Assembly: GCA_965372795.1 (NCBI GenBank)
Contig: CBDVDR010000017.1
Coordinates: forward strand, 1-64,000
DNA: 64,000 nt
DNA from: an uncultured bacterium
GTDB lineage: Bacteria > Zixibacteria > MSB-5A5 > GN15 > FEB-12
Reading direction: 5' to 3'
Shown here one piece after another: positions 57,164 through 64,000 of the stretch. The stretch's first letter is position 1. Every line of letters begins with the position of its first letter. Made by a program: the position numbers and the translations under genes. A model generated the notes under the pieces. The model was not told the DNA's origin. It saw only the letters and a program-made list of their open reading frames with translations, and did not search any database.

Positions 57164-59569
57164 CTATGGAACAGTGATATCGACTGATACTGCAGCGGTG
57201 CCAGCATCGGAACTAACGGAAATTAGTCCGGTATAATCACCGGCAACTAATCCAGAACGGTCAACAGTTACTGTTATTATATCAGTTTCAGTAGTTGTTG
57301 TGCCGGCAGCAAGATCAGTTGTAATCCATGTTTTATCATCACTAATTGTCCAGATAATTGTACCACCGGATCCAGAATTAATAAGATTAAATGTCAGATT
57401 AGTGGTAACGGCTCCAAAACCAAGAGCTGTTGGAGTAGCATTTAAAATCGGATTAGTATTAATAGTAACCTGTTTTGAAAGCGTAATTCCACCGAGCGGG
57501 TCGGTGTCATCGATAGATATTGTAACAGATTCAGCACCGGTTGCAGCGGCGGGCATTGTAATTATAAATTCTGCATAACCGCCTGCATCAGTTTCTGCTG
57601 TTGCAGGAAGGACTGTAGCGCCGTTATTAACGGTTGGAACAAGAGTATGATCTCCAAGAGGATTACCCCAACTGTCAGCATACTCAATTTCAATTCTAAC
57701 TTCAGCATCATAATCGGCTGTGGTAGGCACGGCCGTAATTGTACAATTCTTACGGAATGTTTTACCTGTTAGAAGATTTATTGTATGTGTTGTAACTCCC
57801 CCACCACCATCATCAGCTCTGAAAGAAACAGTAGTAACAGCACCAATTCCATCATCATTTCCACCTGTCAATGACCTATCTGCATCAAGTAGTACAGATT
57901 GAATAGTCGAAAAATCTGAAGCAGCCCCACAACCATTTTCAAAAACTCCAGAAGATACTTTTAATAAAGGAGAAAATCCTTCAAATCTTGATCCGCTAAT
58001 TACAGGATTTCTATTTAGATCATATCCACTAACTTGAACTTCTACTTTCTCTTTGCCATCAGCATTCATAGAATTTGGTATATTAATACTAAGGCCAATT
58101 GAATCTATAAAGTGAGTATTGTAAAACACTGAAGTGTCAGCTACAGTTCCACCGGCTGTTTCGGCATAGATAAGAACTCTACCATCAGCAGTAGCAACAT
58201 TATTACCAGCAAACCATATAGTTTTAGCGATGCCTTCATGTTCTGTCGTACGTTCTTCATGAGATTTCATGGTACCTTCATCAGTTGAGAAATATACAAC
58301 GGTTGAATCATTAACAGGATTCAAGAAAGTATCAGATACAACAGCTGTTATTCTAACTTCATTACCAACATTATCCCAATAATCAACATTACAATCAAAC
58401 GCACCGACTACAATATATTTTGGTGGACCGGCTGAGACGAGGACCTGAGTAGCATTTGAAAGGACCGTATCAGCATCAGCTCTGATTCTGATGGTACCTG
58501 AAACTGTTCCTGAATGAATTGTTACGGTTGCCACACCCTGATTATTAGTCTGGGCGACATAAGGACCATAGCCAACGTTTCCAAGATGTTCTCCCCCGCC
58601 GGGTCCGTCAAGGATGCGGAAATTGACCGACAATCCTTCAGGGACGACATCACCGTTATAATCATAACAAATGGCTCTTATAGTTCCGGTTTCGATTCCG
58701 CCTGTCTGCTTAACAGAAAGACTCATCGAATCAGAGGCAAGGTAAATTGAATTTATAGCTGCATTCGGGTTCAGCTGAATACTTGATTCAACATGACCGG
58801 AAATACCATTATCGTTTACGGTTGCTTTAATATAAACTGTCTGGGCATCGTTTCCGGAGACAAAATTAACCATTGCAACTCCGGCTCCACCGGTTGTAAA
58901 AGCAGTTGATGAAATAAATCCGACAGCATCCCAAATTCCGTTTGCATTAGCATCGTAAATCACGGAGTCGATACCGTTTGACCAGTATCCATTGCCATCA
59001 ATATCATCAAATTTTTCACCGGCAGCGAGGAATATCAGAGTTGAATCCGGAGCAGGTTCACCGTTAACATCACGAACAGTAATAGTCAAAGTAGCAGTAT
59101 CTTCACCATTAGCTAAGAGCAATGATGGAGAAATATTCATGTTCAGATTTCCAGTACCTTCTTGTTCTTCTTCGGTGATAGTTATGCCAGTTGACCGTTC
59201 AAGGGAACTGCCTAAAACAGACACCGTTAAAGTGGCTTCACCGGTCGTGGTTGCAGTAAAGACAGTTGCAACCGCGCCGTCAACATCGGAAGTATCGGTA
59301 GCTGGTGAAAAATAACCGGCAGTTGAAGGAGCAACTGAGAACGCTACTATTTGATTGGGAATTGCTAAGGAGCCTTCCCGAAGAGTAGCTTCTATCACAG
59401 AAGTATTCCCTATAGTGACAGATGGTGGGTTAACAACAACTGTAATATCAGTTGATGTTGATAGTTCATTTGATACTGATTTTGATGAACATCCGGTGAT
59501 ATTCATTAAAACAAAAAGCATCAGAATTGAAGCTATAATTGAAAAAACCTGTAAATTACGCCTAAACAT
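57164..59569 (-). CDS. Large lipoprotein with invasin/Big-1-like Ig repeats and a C-terminal BACON-like domain
   Basis: Lipobox ITGC, repeated T-x-x-x-G-x-A and L-x-ANG-x-D motifs, D-x-(D/N)-x-NG-x-W Ca-loops, terminal W..VTVDRSGL-x-x-G-x-Y-x-G-x-I. Confidence 0.75.
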   Translation of the reverse strand: MFRRNLQVFSIIASILMLFVLMNITGCSSKSVSNELSTSTDITVVVNPPSVTIGNTSVIEATLREGSLAIPNQIVAFSVAPSTAGYFSPATDTSDVDGAVATVFTATTTGEATLTVSVLGSSLERSTGITITEEEQEGTGNLNMNISPSLLLANGEDTATLTITVRDVNGEPAPDSTLIFLAAGEKFDDIDGNGYWSNGIDSVIYDANANGIWDAVGFISSTAFTTGGAGVAMVNFVSGNDAQTVYIKATVNDNGISGHVESSIQLNPNAAINSIYLASDSMSLSVKQTGGIETGTIRAICYDYNGDVVPEGLSVNFRILDGPGGGEHLGNVGYGPYVAQTNNQGVATVTIHSGTVSGTIRIRADADTVLSNATQVLVSAGPPKYIVVGAFDCNVDYWDNVGNEVRITAVVSDTFLNPVNDSTVVYFSTDEGTMKSHEERTTEHEGIAKTIWFAGNNVATADGRVLIYAETAGGTVADTSVFYNTHFIDSIGLSINIPNSMNADGKEKVEVQVSGYDLNRNPVISGSRFEGFSPLLKVSSGVFENGCGAASDFSTIQSVLLDADRSLTGGNDDGIGAVTTVSFRADDGGGGVTTHTINLLTGKTFRKNCTITAVPTTADYDAEVRIEIEYADSWGNPLGDHTLVPTVNNGATVLPATAETDAGGYAEFIITMPAAATGAESVTISIDDTDPLGGITLSKQVTINTNPILNATPTALGFGAVTTNLTFNLINSGSGGTIIWTISDDKTWITTDLAAGTTTTETDIITVTVDRSGLVAGDYTGLISVSSDAGTAAVSVDITVP

Positions 59570-59638
59570 GTTTTCTCCTAATATTATTTAATATTTCCAT
59601 TTACTATTCGCTAAATTATTTAATTCGTTCAATTTATT

Positions 59639-59665
59639 AAAACCCCTCAGTTTAAACCAAGGGGT
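59639..59665 (-). terminator. Possible terminator after pilQ
   Basis: Minus strand ACCCCTTGG-loop-CTGAGGGGTTTT. Confidence 0.5.
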
Positions 59666-59677
59666 GTAATCTTTGAC

Positions 59678-60967
59678 CTAATTACCTTCCATCGCCAAAC
59701 CATCTTCGATGATTGTCGGTGTAACAAAAATCACCAGATCCCGGCTTTCCATACGTTTGTTTGTATATTTGAAGAGTAATCCTAAGATTGGAATATCTTT
59801 AAGAATTGGAACGCCAACTTCTGATTCAACTTCATCCTGGGTAGTCAAACCACCGATAACAGCCGTTTGTCCATTCTCAACAATAACATTTGTTTCAGCA
59901 GTACTGATATTAATTATGACACCATTTGGATCAAACATATAGGTAGAACGTTCCGGCTTAAGATACATTAGAATCTGATTTTCAGCTGTAATATGCGGAG
60001 TGACTTCTAATATTGTACCAACTTCTTCAAAAACAATTACTACGTTTCCGGATTCATCAAACTGTTTGACAGGAATTTTCTGACCCATTTGAATTCTGGC
60101 TGTTTTGTTGTCGACTGTAGTAATTTCAGGATGAGCAATAACTTTACCTTTACCGGAACTAACAATAGTATTTACCACCGCATCAACAGTCCAACCTTTT
60201 TGTAAAGCGGTAACAGCATAAGTTCCAGCAGGATCAGCGGTTCTATCATAGACCTGACCTTTTTGCTCGAATGAACGGCCGGATTCGGTAGTGAAGGTTC
60301 CTGCTGCATCCCAGCTAATGCCTAACTCTTCAATATCAGTATTAAAAATTTCAAGCATTTGAGCAGAAATTTTGATCTGTTTAGCAGGTCGATCCAGTTC
60401 AGATATATACTCAATGATTGATCCCATATTTGACGGAATCTCTTTGATGATAATAGAATTTGAACGGCTATCAGAAATAGCTTCTCCACGCTCAGTCATC
60501 AGCGACTTAACAGATTTCACAATATCATCGGAAGTTGAGTTTGAGATTCGCACGATTTGAGTAATTAGCGGAACGATTTCCCTTTGTTCTTTATTATGTT
60601 TCTCAAGTTCAGAAACTTCATTTCGATAATCTTCAGATTTCAGAACCCTGATGAATTTTTCACCTTCATTTACAACGGCGAGGTCATAAGTTCGGCCGAT
60701 AATATCCATTGCTTTGCGCCAAGCTACATCAGTTAATTTAATGGTAACCAAACCCTTTACTTCAGGAGAAATCACAACATTAACATTACCATAATCAGCA
60801 AGGAAAGTGAGTACTGAAGTAATTTCGGCACCCTGGAATTGTAAATTTTTAATCAGTTGAGTCGGGTCGCTCTTTTTTTCTACAGCAATAACCGGACTTA
60901 AGAACGCAACTACCAGGATTAGAACCGTCATAGCAGTTATCGTTTTATTCCAACTCTTTAACATCAT
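59678..60967 (-). CDS. pilQ: Type IV pilus secretin (short, no AMIN domains)
   Basis: N0/N domains, LDRPAKQIKI, P-x-ITT-x-DN-x-x-A, GQTAVIGGL, VPILKDIPILG-x-LF, LVIFVTPTI. Confidence 0.9.
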   Translation of the reverse strand: MMLKSWNKTITAMTVLILVVAFLSPVIAVEKKSDPTQLIKNLQFQGAEITSVLTFLADYGNVNVVISPEVKGLVTIKLTDVAWRKAMDIIGRTYDLAVVNEGEKFIRVLKSEDYRNEVSELEKHNKEQREIVPLITQIVRISNSTSDDIVKSVKSLMTERGEAISDSRSNSIIIKEIPSNMGSIIEYISELDRPAKQIKISAQMLEIFNTDIEELGISWDAAGTFTTESGRSFEQKGQVYDRTADPAGTYAVTALQKGWTVDAVVNTIVSSGKGKVIAHPEITTVDNKTARIQMGQKIPVKQFDESGNVVIVFEEVGTILEVTPHITAENQILMYLKPERSTYMFDPNGVIINISTAETNVIVENGQTAVIGGLTTQDEVESEVGVPILKDIPILGLLFKYTNKRMESRDLVIFVTPTIIEDGLAMEGN

Positions 60968-60986
60968 TATAGCCGTCCTTTCGCTA

Positions 60987-62480
60987 TTAATCATTTTCAA
61001 GTTTTAAAGCTACGGTTCTACTCCAACCATATTCAAATATCTGGAAATAAACTCGTTCGTTTTCCACTCTTAAGACATAGCCTTTTTTAACTTTATCACC
61101 AGATTTCAGAATGTAGCCATATCCTGTTTTATCTTCTAATAAAGCTCTGTTGTTGCCACCAGTAGATTCAATGACACCTACTAATTTAAGACCTTCAACA
61201 TTCGGCTTCCTTCTTTCAACTATAGTGTTATTAACTTTAGTTTCATTTATAAGAGTTTCAAACGGATCACGTCTATTACGACTTTTATATTTTATAACTA
61301 ATCGCTTCGGAAATTCCGCTACCATGGTTCCTTTAATTTTATTTGAAGCAACCGGAGATCTGCGGAATCTTGAAGTTTTTGATTTATTTACTTCTTTTTT
61401 CGCTAATACTTTTTTAGTTGGCTTCTTCTTAGGAGCAGCTTTAGCTACTGCTTTGGTAGTTTGTTTCTTAGGGGAAACTTTAGCCACTGCTTTGGTAGTT
61501 TGTTTCTTAGGGGAAACTTTAGCCACTGCTTTGGTAGTTTGTTTCTTAGGAGCAGCTTTTGCTATAACCGCTTTTTTCTTCTCAGGTTTAGATTTTACAG
61601 CAACAGATTTCGTTTGAAATTTCTTTTTCTCGGCAAAAACCGGTTTAGTTTTTAATTTCGGTTTTGGTGCTGGTCCAATTTTCACTTTATTTTTATCAGT
61701 ATTATCAACTTTTGCTTTGGATGATTTTCCTGATTTCTTTATAACCTGAACCGGTTTTACTTCTTTAGCAACCGGCTTTACTTCACGTTGCTCTGAAAAA
61801 TTTAGTGCAAAGGCAGAATTCGACCACTTCGTTTCTTTTTTAGCAACCGTTACAACTGGTTTTGATTTCGGTTTTGTTACCGCAACTTTTGATGACTGTA
61901 AACTGGATTGACGATCAGACTCTATCGACTTATTCAGTTGAGCAACCGTTTTTGAGGATTTTGATAAAACTTCTTTTTTTACGATTACTTTAGGAGTTTT
62001 CTTTAGTTGTTTCTTTTGTTTTAGCTCCTGTTTCAGGGCGACAACAACTGTTTTTGTAGTCCAGTTACTGAATGACTTATATGAATTTCCCGGAATGGTA
62101 ACCCTTACCTGCTTAGAATCAGAATCAATACTATAGACAGTTTCTTTTTTCATATCAAAAACTAAGCGGACAACTTTTTCAGGTGTAACAGAGTATTGAC
62201 TGGTTCTTAGTTTACTGATTGAGCAATTCGGTAATGCCATAAAATTTTTGGCGCCAATTTCATGAGTAGCCGAAAGGATATCTACAATAACTCTGAATGG
62301 CTTTCCATCTTTGGCTTCCACAGTCTGGTGTGTGTATCTGATGGTTCCATTAATATCAACAGCTGCCACCGTCTCTCCATTTTTATGACTCAGCTCAACA
62401 TTAGTTACCTCGGCGGCATTGACATGCATTCCCAACAGAAACACAGTCGCGAGGAATATAAAGATCTTATTGTATTTCAT
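60987..62480 (-). CDS. pilP: AMIN-domain / Lys-Ala-Pro-rich linker / PilP-like fusion protein
   Basis: Signal peptide, PFRVIVDI and VVRLVFDM (AMIN), RRDPF..LKLVGVI..ALLED..GD (PilP), lies between pilO and pilQ. Confidence 0.75.
   Translation of the reverse strand: MKYNKIFIFLATVFLLGMHVNAAEVTNVELSHKNGETVAAVDINGTIRYTHQTVEAKDGKPFRVIVDILSATHEIGAKNFMALPNCSISKLRTSQYSVTPEKVVRLVFDMKKETVYSIDSDSKQVRVTIPGNSYKSFSNWTTKTVVVALKQELKQKKQLKKTPKVIVKKEVLSKSSKTVAQLNKSIESDRQSSLQSSKVAVTKPKSKPVVTVAKKETKWSNSAFALNFSEQREVKPVAKEVKPVQVIKKSGKSSKAKVDNTDKNKVKIGPAPKPKLKTKPVFAEKKKFQTKSVAVKSKPEKKKAVIAKAAPKKQTTKAVAKVSPKKQTTKAVAKVSPKKQTTKAVAKAAPKKKPTKKVLAKKEVNKSKTSRFRRSPVASNKIKGTMVAEFPKRLVIKYKSRNRRDPFETLINETKVNNTIVERRKPNVEGLKLVGVIESTGGNNRALLEDKTGYGYILKSGDKVKKGYVLRVENERVYFQIFEYGWSRTVALKLEND
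61441..61557. repeat. Coding tandem repeat, 39 bp x3 (13-aa unit KKQTTKAVAKVSP)
   Basis: TTAGC(T/C)ACTGCTTTGGTAGTTTGTTTCTTAGG.. at 61441, 61480 and 61519. Confidence 0.92.
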
Positions 62481-62491
62481 GCTTTAAACTC

Positions 62492-63115
62492 CTAAAGGGA
62501 TAACTCTGTGAGACGTTCATTGTCCTTCACAAAGTAGGTTGTGAGGGTAAATGAAGATTTCATAGTTTCTTGTTTTTTAAGATTATCCAATTGAGTGCTT
62601 TTTCTTTTGGATTTCTCTTCAGTTATAGTCAGCTCAAGAGCTTCTATTTGAACATTCATGACATTTGTTATAAATGGGAAATTAGCCACATAACTGGTAA
62701 ATTTACCAAAATCATGAAATCTGCCGGTCAGTTCAATATCAAAAGAGGCAATATTATAAAACTCATTAGAGGAAATTTCGGATGGTTTTACTTTTGTAAT
62801 TTTAGTCCCGGTCAAAGATGATGCCATATGGAGTTGAACCAGAAATGACGGAATCTGCTTTACTTCGGGAAGCAAGGCTTCAATCTTATCATATCTTTCA
62901 ATAAGATCGACATATTCAATTTTTAAAGCTTCCAGAGATTTTGCTTTCATCTCAACATTGCGTAAGTTCGTCGTAATAGTTTCGAATTCCTGAGCTTTTT
63001 GAGTAATCTGGTTGTCATACATCGAGTAGACTCTTGAGTACCAGAAATATACTACAATAAAAAAGGCCAGAACTCCTAAGGCTATTCTTTGAACTTTTGA
63101 ATCTTTAAAGTCCAT
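62492..63115 (-). CDS. pilO: Type IV pilus assembly protein PilO
   Basis: TM plus coiled coil, LLP-x-x-x-QIP, G-x-FHDFGKF, operon position. Confidence 0.85.
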   Translation of the reverse strand: MDFKDSKVQRIALGVLAFFIVVYFWYSRVYSMYDNQITQKAQEFETITTNLRNVEMKAKSLEALKIEYVDLIERYDKIEALLPEVKQIPSFLVQLHMASSLTGTKITKVKPSEISSNEFYNIASFDIELTGRFHDFGKFTSYVANFPFITNVMNVQIEALELTITEEKSKRKSTQLDNLKKQETMKSSFTLTTYFVKDNERLTELSL

Positions 63116-63126
63116 GCTATAATTCC

Positions 63127-63879
63127 CTAATTTAAAACTTTATGGCTTGTTTTTGAGCCTTTGTTTTTATTATCAATTTTTGTCGAAGCTATGAGATTGC
63201 GCAGTTTTTCATCTGAAAGAAAATGCAAATCACAGGTTATGACAAAGTTATATGCTTTGTGGCTATCGTCACTGTCGAGTTTCTTTTCTTCAGAGGATAC
63301 CAGTTCAACATTTTCAAAATAATCTGAGCGCATCATGTTGATCATAAAAGATGCCAGAGCATTCAGAGTAAATGAGTATCCTTCAATTTTAACTTCTTTT
63401 ACCGGAGCATTAATACTCGCAGCAACAGAGTAGGCATCAATTTCTTTTTTCTTTTTCTTTTTGCTATTCTTGTTTTTATCAGCTTTAGCAACCGGTGCAG
63501 ATTTTGGTCCAAGTTCTTCAAATTTTTGAATCCAAACAAATTCAGGAACATTTCTTGCGATATCTTCAAGAACTTTTACCCATGATGACCGATGACTATC
63601 TAATTTTTCAACGGCTTCCATTCGCTGGGTAATTTTAGTTTTTACATCAATCAATCCATCAACAAGCTGGATATCTTTTTTCAGCATGGCAGCACGCTGT
63701 TTTGCTTTGGCAATGTTATCATCCAGAATTGTAAGTTGATGAGATTGGTAGAACGTGACGGCTAAAAGCATCACTACGACTCCGGCGGCACCGATCATGC
63801 CATAAATACCGGTTTTCCCCATCGAGAAAGAGATGGATTTTTTTCTATATCCTTTGGGAAGTAGATTTATCTCTATCAT
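63127..63879 (-). CDS. pilN: Type IV pilus assembly protein PilN
   Basis: MIEINLLP start, TM, VP-x-x-VW, F-x-NVEL. Confidence 0.9.
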   Translation of the reverse strand: MIEINLLPKGYRKKSISFSMGKTGIYGMIGAAGVVVMLLAVTFYQSHQLTILDDNIAKAKQRAAMLKKDIQLVDGLIDVKTKITQRMEAVEKLDSHRSSWVKVLEDIARNVPEFVWIQKFEELGPKSAPVAKADKNKNSKKKKKKEIDAYSVAASINAPVKEVKIEGYSFTLNALASFMINMMRSDYFENVELVSSEEKKLDSDDSHKAYNFVITCDLHFLSDEKLRNLIASTKIDNKNKGSKTSHKVLN

Positions 63880-63885
63880 AGTATA

Positions 63886-64000
63886 TTACCTTACCTTCCG
63901 CATTGCTAAGCCAATTGGTACAGCTAAAAGCGGTGCAATTTTTTCCGGTTGGAGATATTGGAATAATTCCGGGTCGTAATCTACATTCCTGAGCGGGTTT
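63886..64000 (-). CDS. pilM: Type IV pilus assembly protein PilM (3' end only, truncated by window edge)
   Basis: Reads NPLRNVDYDPELFQYLQPEKIAPLLAVPIGLAMRKVR*, matching the PilM C-terminal AV-x-x-GLA-x-R motif, upstream of pilN. Confidence 0.8.
   Translation of the reverse strand, partial: NPLRNVDYDPELFQYLQPEKIAPLLAVPIGLAMRKVR

Noticed and set aside
1..64000. tRNA, rRNA, transposase, integrase or RAYT genes
   Set aside because: None recognised in the ORF track or intergenic DNA by eye. A tRNAscan/Infernal/HMM run would be needed to exclude them formally.

Overview
A 64-kb, fairly AT-rich bacterial chromosome segment with most genes on the minus strand. The rplM-rpsI-rpsB-tsf-pyrH-frr block, outer-membrane beta-barrels and a secretin point to a diderm. 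My guess is FCB superphylum, possibly Zixibacteria-like, but this is inference and untested. Core content: glyA/rpiB/ilvE/bioY; a fluoride riboswitch with crcB; a thiolase-hbd-acyl-CoA dehydrogenase operon; an atuA plus methylcrotonyl-CoA carboxylase/hydratase operon; cysK; mscS; an archaeal-type HMG-CoA synthase/thiolase/DUF35 operon; uvrC; uppS-cdsA followed by a UbiA-family prenyltransferase where dxr often sits; translation genes; ahpC; mtnA; and a pilMNO(AMIN-P)Q operon followed by a large Ig-repeat lipoprotein. Accessory genes are interspersed: a Gabija-type OLD nuclease plus UvrD helicase, a KAP NTPase with a TIR-like tail, a UDG-fold gene inside a metabolic operon, a HEPN-like gene and several orphans. 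Many intergenic regions hold GTAG/GTGG-headed REP-like palindromes of several families, including a ~600-bp mosaic next to Gabija. A separate ~200-300-bp non-coding element with internal repeats occurs twice in inverted orientation. I found no tRNA, rRNA, CRISPR array, integrase or transposase. The most promising leads are (1) archaeal-style isoprenoid/lipid metabolism in a bacterium and (2) repeat-flanked single-gene defence 'cassettes' plus the unexplained repeated element.
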